In this document: one piece after another, positions 11,251 to 24,000 of the stretch
Numbering within the stretch: position 1 is the stretch's first letter
Layout of the letters: each line of letters starts with the position of its first letter
DNA from: Octopus vulgaris
Lineage: Eukaryota
Length of the DNA: 64,000 nucleotides
NCBI GenBank assembly: GCA_951406725.2
Contig: OX597814.1
Coordinates: 123,690,001-123,754,000 of the forward strand
Direction of reading: 5' to 3'
Translations under genes and position numbers: made by a program
The notes under the pieces: model-generated
What the model was told of the DNA's origin: nothing
Database searches by the model: none
What the model saw: the letters and a program-made list of their open reading frames with translations, nothing else

Positions 11251-11614
11251 CAAAGTTGAGATCTCGACATCCTAAAATGTACAAGTTAATGTTTATTTGA
11301 GTTATTAAACTATGAAATTATTATGTTAGCAATTCCAAGACATAATTCAATAGCTAGATGCAACAGAAAGTAATATTAAACTTAATAAAACTACAATCCT
11401 GAATTAGTACGTTGATGGCGGTTTTTTTCAAGGTGTTTGGTTATTAATCTTATATAAGAATATATGTATAACAGTTTAATATTAAATAAGGAAATCCATA
11501 ACAAATATTGGTTAAAATATTTAACAAATATAGTAAGAGATTATATAGAAATGGACTATTCCATAATCCAGTTTGTTAGTCAAGTGGTATATTTATGTGA
11601 TGTTCTTTTTTTTA

Positions 11615-11980
11615 CTTTTTTAGTTGTTTCAGTCAGTTGACTGGCCATGCTGGAGCACCGCCTTTAGTCAAGCAAATCGACCCCAGGACTTATTTTTTGT
11701 AAGCCTAGTACTTATTCTATCGGCCTCTTTTGCCGAACTGCTAAGTTACGGGGACGTAAACACACCAGCATCGGTTGTCAAGCGATGTTGAGGGGACAAA
11801 CACAGACACACACACATATATAAGATGGGCTTCTTTCAGTTTCCGTCTACCAAATCCATTCAATGTTTTGGTTGGCCCGAGGCTATAGTAGAAGACACTT
11901 GCCCAAGGTGCCACGCAGTGGGACTGAACAGGGAACCATGTGGTTCGTAAGCAAGCTACTTACCACACAGCCACTCCTAC
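11615..11980 (-). mobile_element. tRNA-derived CORE-like SINE with internal CA tract (other copies about 39510-39910, 43920-44500, 49740-50390, 62405-62575)
   Basis: Head GGAGTGGCTGTGTGGTAAG..GTTCAGTCCC and CCTTGGGCAAGT core; near-identical blocks repeat across the window. Confidence 0.85.
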
Positions 11981-14900
11981 TTTTTAAAAAAACCTTTATT
12001 GATGCAGTGTTTACAGTAAGATCAAAAAAGTAAAATGTGTCACTCTTCAGAGATTTCTAAAGTGGGACAAATATCAAAGTCAACGCTATCCTCGTCATCA
12101 ACATTATTTTCATTAGCAGCAGCAACACCACCACTGCCACATCACTATCGTCGTCGTCATGTAAATGTTGGCTGTTTAGCCACTGGTTAAGATTTAAATA
12201 AACAAAACTATAACCAAAGACATCTTAGCCATCATCATCGTTTTCGTGCATTGTGTATCTAGGACTGTATTACCCAATTTGTTCTTCCTTTATGTAGGGT
12301 GTGACTAGGAGATTTAGCTACTATTTTTAATAGGTTTTAGTCATACCGATAGGTTTTAGATAATTATTCTTATCAATAAAAGAATAATCTTAATTAATAA
12401 AATTTTCTTGAATTACTGCATTCATCGATGGATGGAATAAACAACATCTCACTTGTATGTTCTGTTTTTGGCCCGATTTCTATGGATGAATACCTTTCCT
12501 ATTATCAATCGCTTTACAGAATATATTGGGCACAATTTAGTGTGACACCAACACTAGTAAGGTTGACATGTTATTGACAGGACAAGACTAAAGGATCCTC
12601 TTAACCTTATGAAGATAAATTAAGGTGAGAGTGAAAAAGAAGTAAGAGTATAGTGGAGGAAACAGTGATTCGGGTGACAGTGTGGAAGGGTCAGTGCCAG
12701 AATGGAGTAATAACAGACAGTAATGACAGAAGTATTTCTTTATTGCCTATACGGGCGTACATAGAGGGGACAACACAATATGATTTGGGGGTCTTGTACA
12801 GCGAATGATATAAAAATTTATAACGACACAATGAGAAGAAAACGAATGGGACACAAAATACAATAACATCCAATTAGAGACAATATGGGGTTAAAAAAAC
12901 AGGTATGCTTCGATCCCACGAGCCCTGTCTTCTCAACCGACACTTTGGTAGTCTTTACGACGTGCTCAAGCAGGGCTTTTCACTCCCAGCATCCGTGCAA
13001 CACGCGTCATTTTTTTTTTTAACATCTGTGCTGATGGCATGTAAAAACAACGCCATCCGAACGTGGCCGATGCCAGTGCCGCCTTGACTGGCGCCCGCGC
13101 CGGTGGCACGTAAAAAGCACCCACTACACTCATGGAGTGGTTGGCGTTAGGAAGGGCATCCAGCTGCAGAAACACTGCCAGATCAGACTGGAGCCTGGTG
13201 CAGCCTCCTGACTTCCCAGACCCCGGTCGAACTGTCCATGCTAGCATGGAAAACGGACGTTAAACGATGATGATGACACTCTGACAGACACCTCCTTTTC
13301 AGTCTTACCTTTCTTTTCAGGTGAGACGTGAAAACATTCATCAAGGCAAGGCCGGAGACGAAGGTGATTAGAGAGTAATAACTGCTATATGTTTGCTGGT
13401 ATGAGTGATGGTCAATGGCAAAAGAGTGTGACTGGTGTGAATAGGAGGGAGAGGGAAGAGTAGTGGCTACAATCTCTCATCACTTAAGCATTGTGATGAG
13501 AGTGAGAGGGGGTGGGAGTAGAGACATACAAATGGTTGAGATGGAATTTGTGAAGTTAAAGAATGACGAGAGGGAGAAAAACATGTAACTCGCTGTAGAA
13601 GAAATACATGTCTACCCTAGCTGGAAAGGGAGATGGGATGGTGGAAATGTGGTCATGGCATATCTTCAAGATACAAGAACATGAAATATAAGGGTGAACT
13701 GAGAGAGAAGATAGGGAAGAATGGGTAGGTAAGTTAGTGAGAGTGAAAGGAGGATGACAGATGGTTAGAGATGGACACAGAGGTTAGGGAATACAGTGAG
13801 GATGTGGTTAATGATGAATATCAGTTTGGAGAGAAGATGAAGGAAATAGGAACGGGTCAGGAAGGAGGAGGTGATATGTGACAGTAGAAAAGGAGGAGGT
13901 GAAGAGTAACAGTATAATAAAGCCATAAATAGATGAGAAAAGGGAGCTGATGTGAAGTGTGTTTGTGAAAGAGAGGATTGCACAGTGACAGAGATTAAAG
14001 TCAAAGATATGTAGGGGTGGATATAGTGAAGACAAACAAAGGTAGAAGATATGTTGATGGCCTATATAAGAGGCCGCTCAGAGGAAAGGGGCTAAATGTG
14101 GTAAAGTATGATATTGAAAGTTCGGGACAGGTGACAAAGGAAGTGGAAAAGGATAGCTGTTAGCACAAAATGGGGTTGAACTATGTGTAGTTCTGCTCTC
14201 ATATGAGCAGATGAGTAAATAGTGCCATAGTTAGAATAGTGATGGAGGGATGAGTTTTAGAAAGATGAGTTGTGGGGAAGACTCAATAACAACTTGAGTG
14301 CTGAGGTATAAACATAATTAATATACATAATTAATATGATTTGGGCCCTTATTTTTTAACTGAGTTAGACTAGTCTTCTTGAGCACAGTGAATTACCAGT
14401 TTGGTCCTTTCTCATCTTCTTCATGAGGCTTGACATTGGTCTTCACTATTTCTTCCTATGTTTCCCTCTTTTACAAGTTTCATCCACATTTAAGGATTGG
14501 TACTTCTAATGCACCTGTTTCATATGCATCACATGACCATGCCAGCAGGCTTCTCTTTTGTTCATTACAGCTGATTTCTCTTACACCTACTCTCTCTATT
14601 GTCTTACTTATTTTTGTATAGCTACAGATTCTGGTTGTGGAAGTAAGGAAGGTGCACTCAGCCAGAACATGCCAGTCATTGTTCCTCTACAATTATTGTT
14701 GGTGGTGTGCATCCCAGAACAGGTTGAAGAAAAGTAATGTTATTGAAGTTGCAACATTTTCTGCATGTTTGTGTTCGCCTGGGCTAAGTGGGAAAGATAA
14801 CTTTCTTAAGATGGTGTTGTAGAAATATTCTGGGTTATTGTATATGTATCTGGATACATGGTGGTTTTTCATATAAATGGCAGGCACTTTAGGGATTAAG

Positions 14901-17400
14901 AATGTGCTTCTTGCATGTCCAAATGGTCTTTTATTTTTAGTATCTTTGTTTCGTTGTTCAGGTCTGTGGATGCAGTTTGTATACAACTTATGATGTTGCA
15001 CATGCTGTTCTGCATACTTTGTAGTTTATTAGGGTTTGTTGTGGAGAGACTGGAGTCCAGGTAGAATCAGATATCTATATAACCTGTGAAAAATTGCAAC
15101 CAAATTTTCCTCAAATATTACACTACTATCATAAAAGTATAGTGTTAAATTAGTGTTCTGTGGTGATATAGATGTGTCTGGATTAAAACGATGGTGTAAT
15201 TGTACTCTAGGGTATTGGTGATGTCTTTGGGTGATTGGGAATGATTGAACATGTAATGACAAGAACCATTTGGATTGGAGCCTGCTAGAAACAGCAGTCA
15301 AAGCTCTTACATATCATATTCTATCAACTTACAAATAGAAAGACGCATTACATAATGCAATGCTGGATACACTATACTGGCACAAAAGACAGACAGTCAT
15401 GTCTGGATCGTCGTCGTCGTTTAACGTCTGCTTTCCATGCTGGCATGGGTTGGACGGTTTGACTGAGGGCTGGTGAGCCAGAGGCTGCACCAGACTCAAT
15501 CTGGTCAGGCAAAGTTTCTACAGCTAGATGCCCTTCCTAACGCCAACCACTCTGAGTGTAGTGGGTGCTTTTTACGTGCCACCGGCATGAGGGCCAGCCA
15601 AGTGGTTCTGGCAACGACCACGCTCACGCTCGAAAGGTGTTTTTACGTGCTACTTGCATGGGAGCCACTCTGGCGGCACTGGCAACGACCACGCTCGAAC
15701 GTTATTTTTCACGTGTCACCGGTATGGGAGCCAATCCGTGGCCCTTGGCAATGGTCACGCTCGGATGTGCTTTTAATGTCCCATTGGAATGAGTGCCAAT
15801 CAGGCGGTACTGTCTTCAGCCAGGTCAGCGATTTTGGTTTTACACTTGTCTCAATAGGTCTTCGCAAGCAGGCCCGGTTACACCTCTCGTTCGGATGTGC
15901 TTTTAACATTCCACTGGCACGAGTGCCAATCAGGCGGTACTGTCGTTGGCCACATCAGCAATTTTGATTTTGATTTCACTTGCTTCAACAGGTCTTCACA
16001 AGCAAGGTTTATTGTCCAGTGAATGAGGGGTATTCATAAACAGTCTGGTTACACCCACTGGCATGGGCCATGAGCTATGGTCTCACTTGGCTTGTCGGGT
16101 CTTCTCAAGCACAGCATATCTCCAAAGGTCCCGGTCATTAGTCATTGCCTCGGTAAGGCCCAATGTTCGAAAGGTCGTGCTTGATGAGGGTCCTCATACG
16201 TTCAGGTGGTATTTTTGTGAATATTTTTGTTGTATTGTGTAAGATATCTGTATAGTGAAGTTCACAGCTTTGAGTTCTTTATAATTTGTTGTGATTTATT
16301 GTAGAAAGATCCCCTTTGTGTGTGTGTGTGGTTAGAATGAACAGCTAGCTGTCGTCCACCAACGAGTATGATAACATGGCTTGATAACACATATACTTTT
16401 GCCTATTGTTTCAAGTGTCTATGTAGTCGTGAGCTGACATAGACATCTTGCCGCTCCTGTCCTTTGACTCGATGGCACATCCAGGATGTGACAGTTGGAG
16501 GAAGAGAGTACCATTACTCGGCTGGTATTCATCAGCAGCAACAAGGAATGAAATACTTTGCTTAAAGACACAACATAACGCTTGGTCCAGTATAACAATA
16601 CGATCGCGAGCTGAGCAACCCCAAACACTAAGGCCCGCACCTGTACCTACGATTAGGACAGTAATTGGCCAGATGCATCGGATAGGAAAAAAAGGGAGAT
16701 CATTCTATAGCATAGTAGAGTTATGGTTCTTGAAATAAGTGGTGTACCGAAACGAAATATCTGCAAGATTATCGGGTTTATATAAGATTTGCACTTTTAG
16801 ACTTCTAGAAAGCTTTGGTTCCGTTAGACTCTGCTGTTACGTATTATATTTATTTTCTCTGTCTGTATACTATACTATATTGTTAATTTTTTTTTACTGA
16901 GACCAGTTCTCATTTATTTTGAAACGAAGAACATTCTAGACTTTCAAAGCATGACGTAATACTACATTTACCAACCCGTGTATATATAAATATATATATA
17001 TATCCTCATACATATTATAACTTACTGTTATTACCTTGTCTATCTGGTTTGGTAATGTTCTTTCATTGATACGTATACATAACTTTTTTACACATACATA
17101 AATAACAGCATCCACACCTACGTCACCGGTTCATTGCACATGGTGATATCCATGTTATATCCGGAAAGAGCTTTTATTCTTAAGAAATATTTAGTATCGT
17201 TAATAATGTTCTATTTAATCCGTAACATACCCTAGGGCTGTTGATCTATTCTCAAAGAAACGTATACGGTATGTTTGTACATGTAAACACATTGTTATAC
17301 ACACGCATACACATACATGTTTATGCATTACTATGTATGTAGCCTTAGGAAGCTGAGCCTATGTATGTAAACCTATAAACCTGATCCTTCTCCAGTTAGC

Positions 17401-18002
17401 ATGGCGCGAATTTTGATAAGTGTTCGGTCTGAAGACTTCCTAGTTGACTGTTATTTATTCCGCCGTGGTCACAACCCAACACAACTCGATGTGTCCCAGT
17501 TGGAATACAACAAACAGACAAACAGTCTACATTTAGTTCCTAACCAAACATATCCCCTTGCTCTATCTGCAGCTAATTCCTCCGAGTCTCCAATATCAGA
17601 CAGTACAGAAAAGTGTGTTTTTAACAGGTCCCCACATTTATACTCGACAGCACCAACATGTTCAGACTTCACCCTTGACAATGATGATCGTATTGATGAT
17701 GCCAGTGATTGTTGTAGGGGAGGAGTTGATCATATCTCCAAGACTCCAGCTGTCATGGTCCCCACCGTGATGTATCCCATTCGTCAGACATGCCTCTTAC
17801 TTGATAGTCATCTCGTCTCTCTTCTTATGGATCGAGTTCGTTTTTCCCCCAAATTCAAGAAGCGGTTCATCAAATTCGTCCAGTCCAATATTGGTTTCAG
17901 CCACCGTCCTGCAAATATTATCCTTGACCAATCACACACCACAGTGCCCTATTTTATCGATATTGTTCTCCAGTATCCTAAACAATACATTGATTATAGT
18001 TG
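17401..18002 (+). CDS. DUF4807 protein first coding exon
   Basis: 200-codon ORF from ATG just after the acceptor CCTTCTCCAG; ends IDYS-TG|GTAAGT, and the phase-2 TG completes Trp with the next exon. Confidence 0.82.
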
Positions 18003-21000
18003 GTAAGTATTTGTGAATGCGAACAGCATTTGTTTCTACTCCTCGGATGGGCCCGTAACAAACCCCAGCCTACTTTAGGCTCGAATTATTAAACTAATTT
18101 CAACTATAAACATACTTTTTAAGGTTCGCTACTGTTTCACCTCTATTACCCTTGTTGTTTTCCTTAACATTTATCTACTCCCCCTCTCTCTTTTCCTATT
18201 TATTTATTGTGTCAATTGTCTTTCTCTTTTTACATATCTGTCTGGCAACTCTCTCTCTCTCTCTCTACTTACCTGTCAGTTCTCTCTTTCTTGTCTGTCT
18301 CCTTTATCTGTCTTTCTATCTATTTTTTCTTTGCTATATTATTGAACTTTCATTTCTACAGTCCATTTTAATCTCTCTCTTTCTGTCCTAATGTACTTTA
18401 TTAGTGATTTGTAACTGTTAACCTAACTTGGTATCACTACTATCTGTGCTTGTGCACATCTGTGTGCTGTGTATGTGCCTTCAAAAGGTTAGTGTGATGC
18501 CAAGACAATGCAAAAACCCTTCATCTACTCACAACACCTACATCTATATCTGACCACCACACAGTCACCAAACACCTTTTATTTTTTTGCCCCTCTTAAA
18601 CCCAGCCTCTGCAAAAACTATCAACAACTCCGCACCTATCGGATCATCAGACAGACAGTGGTATAATCATCACTGCTTACGACATGTCTATCAATCACAT
18701 AACAGCTATCGGATTGTAAAGCATTTCACATTAACTTAATGGTCGGGAGCACCACTAGTTTTCCATTAACTATCCCAAATGTACTCCAGATTAATTTGAG
18801 ACAGTTAATCAGTTAAGCATTGAAATTTCCCTTTGCTTCACATTTCTCGAACAATCAAAGCCTAATCCTAACTCACAAGTGGTCTACATACATTGGCATA
18901 AAGCATTGTTGGAGAAGAACATGGTTTACAACACCTGGCAAAATTCATTCATTTCCAGCAACTGGATGGCTTTCATCCACTACCACAACTTCCGTGAGAT
19001 GACTATCCATTAGTAAAAAATACCTTCATGCAAGCTTCAGACAGTAAGCTCCCCAGCGTCCCCAATTGCAGTCAGGCCTCTTGGTCTTTTACCAAAAGAA
19101 TCTCTACAACTTTGTAAGAATCCCTTTGCCTGTTGTTCCTGAACCATGATGGCCCTGTAAGTTGTACTCCTGTAAAGAAAGTTTCCTGTTAGACTACTTG
19201 ATTTGAACTTAAACCCTGACACATATTCTGTTCATTCTGGTGGACCTTAAGGTTTAGCATGTTCCTCTCTAGACTCTTCTTGTACATTAATAATCTCTTA
19301 GCTGTCACTTCTAACTCTGTTCTTTCCTCTGCAGGTAATACTGTAATGGGAGTTGTCTTCCCTTATGTTTTATAACCCCAAACACATATGCACAGAGTTG
19401 AATAAAACGTTTACTGTTTCCATCTTCAGAATTGTTATAATATGTTGCTAAGATACCGTTTATGAACTGCAATACACAGCTGTAACATGGTGTCAGAAAT
19501 TTTAACCACATCAGAATACTAGCTTTATTAACTTGTATCACATGTGTTCATGGTTGATTAGTGCAAAGCTAAGGGACTCTTCTTGAAATAATTGACTGTA
19601 GTCTAACAAATATTAATAAGTATCCGAATATCAGTTCCTATCTCATTTACTAGTGCTAACAAGTGGCATCTCTTGAGAAAGGATCTTACACAATTTTTGG
19701 TAACTGTTCAGAAGGACGAGCCAGCTGATATTGTGCTGCTGCTGCTGCTACTACTACTACTACTACTACTACTGAAAGAAGTAAAGCTATTGTCTATTTC
19801 ATATATAAGGAAGTCCTTAGGATAAATATGTAAATATAGATAGCAAAGAAAACTTGACACTTTCTATGCACCTAGAATTAATCACTTTAATTCTAAAGAC
19901 TGGTTCCTCACTACCAAACAAAATGGTACAAATATTGAATATTTGACAAAACGAAAAAAACAAAAAAAGCAAACACATATGTAAGTTTAATGATTTGAGT
20001 GATACATTCACCCTTGGTCTCTAGGATATTTCTTTAATATGCAAACTCATCTTTACCTGGTTAAAGCTGTAGCCATTGTATGAAGACCTGTGGAGATCAG
20101 AGCAGTGGTAATGCCACAGAAATCCATGTAGTGGTAACACTACACCTGTTAATAAGTGTGTCAGTAATCTCAAATGTTTTAAAAACAAAGGTAGCAGATA
20201 TGCAAAAAGTGCAGTGGTGATCGCAAAGAAAGAACATTGCAAATGCCAACAAGCTGTTTTAAATGATGGAGTGACATCATTATATAATGTCCCTTTTCCC
20301 ATGCTGGCCTGGGTTAGATGGTTTGATATGAATTGATGGGTCAGAGGGCTGTCCTGTGCTCCAGTGCTTGCTTTGGCATAGCTTTCACAGCTGGATTCCT
20401 TTCCTAACACCAGCCATTTCACAGGTGCTGTTTTTGTGGTCCCAGTGTTGGTGAGTTTATCAAGTACCTGCAAAACAAGATCCCTCAACTGAGAGGGGGA
20501 AAGTAAGAAAACTCAGTTGTGTACTTCATCATCATCATCATCATCGTTTAACATCCGTTTTCCATGCTAGTATGGGTTGGACGGTTTGACCAGGGTCTGG
20601 GAAGCCAGGAGGCTGCAACAGGCTCCAGTCTGATCTGGCAGTGTTTCTACAGCTGGATTCCCTTCCTAACGCCAACCACTCCGTGAGTGTAGTGGGTGCT
20701 TTTTACATGCCACCAGCACAGGAGCCAAGGGAGGCTGGCAACGACCATGATCAGTTGGTGCTTTTTACGTGCCACCGACACGGAAGCTAGTCAAGGCGGC
20801 GCTGGCATCGGCCACATTCGGATGGTGTTTTTACATGCCATGTAAAATATTTTGGACGTTTTATAAACAGAGAAGACCTATTAAACACTATAATTTTGTT
20901 CATCCTGCTTTACAACTAGCCACTGATTGCAGGCACATTAACATAGTTGACTAAGTTTATTTTTCATCTGCCAGAGGTGAGTGAATGTCTGAGAAAGTTT

Positions 21001-24000
21001 ACAGAACAATTATTCATCGTCATCATCATCATCATTTAACATCCATTTTCTATGTCGGCATGGTTGGATGGCTTGATAGGAACTGGTAAGGCTAGGGGTC
21101 ACACCAGCCTCCATTGTCTGTTTTGGTATGGTTTCTATGGCTGGATGCCCTTCCTAACACTAACTGCTCCACAAAGTGTACTGGATACTTTTTAATGTGG
21201 CACCATCACCAGTACTTTTTGTGTAACACCTTGGTTTTAGGACCTCAGTTCTGTTGTGGTGCACTGGTCTTCTCCAGTACAGTAATGTGCTACATATCTC
21301 AGTCCTCTGTCATCTCCTTTGTAAGATTCAACATTTTGAGATTGGCCTTCAATACTTCATCCCATGTCTTCCTGGGTCTCCCACTTCCATAACTTCCTTC
21401 CACTTTAAATGATTGGCATGTCTTTATGCAACTGTCCTCATCCACCTGCATCACATGGCCAAACAAGTGCAGTCTTCTCTCTTGCATGCTGCATCTAATT
21501 CCCCTTATGCCCAACTTCTCTCTCAATGCATCAATGCTCTGTTGCTTATGCACACTGACATCGCACATCCAGTGGAGCATACCAGCTTTGTTCCTCTCTA
21601 GCCTTTGCATGTCCTCTGCAATCAGAGCCCACATCTCATTACTCTGCAGCATTGCAGTTCATACACATGCATCATACAATCTTACCTTCACTCGAAGAGA
21701 GAGAGAGAGAGTGCTTTGGTTGCCAACAGAGGTAAAAGCTTCTGGACTTTTTCTACCTTATTCTAATTCTAGCAATTACACTTTGTGTACAATCTCCTCC
21801 ACTGCTAAACAGGTCACCTAGGTAGCAAAAGTTATCTACAACTCCCACCAGAAGAGCCAGTAGGACCCAGAAAGCCGAGTGCATAGCAATGGACAGACAT
21901 ACAGCAGGAAAAAGTCTGGTGCAGGCTTCGGCCTGGCTGGCTTTTGTGGTACCATCCCACCCATGCTAGCATGGAACACGGATGTTAAATGATGATGATG
22001 AGATACTAGGAATATCATGGTATTCTCAATCACTTAGAATATGATAAATTCCTACCACTAAGAGAAAGGTAGTTCCCAGTCTGTAGAACAATGAATATAG
22101 TAGTTAGTTTCCAGCCACTGATAATGTGACAGCTAATTTTTGGCAACTAGGAATATGGTCCTTAATTCCAAGCCAAGCAATTGTACTTTTAAGAATGTTT
22201 TTAGTCACAACTGGAACATAAGTCACCAAGAATATTACTAGTATATTCTTTAGTTTTCTGATTTCAGTTAAAGGACTTCTGCTATATTGGAACACTATCT
22301 GCAAAAGTTTTAGTCAATAATATCAACCACTCCCCATTACTGGGTCTTGTACTATTTTATCAATATCTTTCAAATAATGGCTCACCATATTGAGTTACGC
22401 CCCTTCATTGAATTAGGTTTCTTTAGAGACGTATGTCACACAATGTTCACAGACATGCAATGTATTGCATTACCTTACATTGCTAATACTGTATTTCCAT
22501 ACATACATGCATATACACTTACATTCAGTTTTATTTCTACAGCACACATTGATAAACATTGCAGTGTGTGTGTGTGTGTATCATCATCATCATCATCATT
22601 CAGTGTCCGTTTTCCATGCTAGCATGGGTTGGACGATTCAACTGGGGTCTGTGAAGCCAGAAGGCTGCATCAGGCCCAGTCTGATCTGGCAGTGTTTCTA
22701 CGGCTGGATGCCCTTCCTAACGCCAACCACTCCGTGAGTGTAGTGGGTGCTTTTTACATGCCACTCGCACAGGTGCCAGACGGAGCTGGCAAACGGCCAC
22801 GAACGGATGGTGCTTTTATGTGCCACCGGCACGGGGGCCAGGCGAGGCTGGCAACGGACACGAACGGATGGTGCTTTTACGTGCCACCCGCACGGGGGCC
22901 AGGCGAGGCTGGCAACGGACACGAACGGATGGTGCTTTTACGTGCTACCGGCACGGAGGCCAGTCGGGGCGGCACTGGCAACGGCCACGAACGGATGGTG
23001 CTTTTTACGTGCCACCGGCACGGGGGCCAGGCGAGGCTGGCAACGGCCACGAACGGATGGTGCTTTTTACGTGTCATCAGCACAGAGGCTAGTCGGGGCA
23101 GCGCTGGTAACGGCCACAATCGGATGGTTCGCTTACTTGTCACCGGCACTGGTATCACAGCCGCAATTTCCATTGATGTTGATCGACTTCGATTTTGGTT
23201 CTGTTTCTGATATCTGATTTGATTTTGATTTTCACTTGCCTCAACGGGTCTTCACAAGTGGAGTTTTGTGTCCCAAGAAGGAAAGGTATGTATAAGTCGA
23301 CTGGCTACATACCAGGTAGAGGCCACGGGTTATGGTCTCACTAGTCTTGCCGGGTCTTCTCACGCACAGCATACTTCCATAGGTCGTGTGTATATATATA
23401 TATATATATATATCATCATCATCGTTTAATGTCCATTTTCCATGCTAGCATGGGTTGGATGGTTCGACCGGGGTCTGGGAAGCCAGGAGGCTGCACCAGA
23501 CTCCAATCTGATCTGGCAGTGTTTCTATAGCTGGATGCCCTTCCTAATGCCAACCATTCTATGAGTGTAGTGGGTGCTTTTTATGTGCCACCGGCACAGG
23601 GGCCAAGGCAGGCTGGCAACAGCCATGATCGGTTGGTGCTTTTTACATGCCACTGGCACGGAAGCCAGTCAAGGCGGTGCTGGTATCAGCCACATTCGGA
23701 TGGTGCTTTTTACGTGCCACTGGCACAGGTATCACAACTACAAATTCCATTTGATTTTTATTTTGATGTTAATGTACTTGACTCAATAGGTATATATATA
23801 TATATGTATGTATGTATGTGTGTGTGTGTGTGTGTATATATATAAATCTTTAGTTAAATATATTCAATGAGAATATTATATACTAAATTTATATTGAGTG
23901 CTCTATTGTATCAAAGTATTAATACTATTAAAGTATTTATATATTTAATACAAGCGATTATATATTTGGGCATCCAGCTGTAGAAACACTGCCAGATAAG

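Noticed and set aside
13300-14300. Strongly purine-skewed 1-kb tract with minus-strand ORFs
   Set aside because: Resembles the CT-rich low-complexity sequence trailing the RTE fragment (27700-28010); no coding signal.
22790-23130. Regularly spaced repeats superficially like a CRISPR array; 193-aa and 156-aa ORFs
   Set aside because: Eukaryotic context, units are tandem without unique spacers, no cas genes; this is an internal SINE minisatellite.
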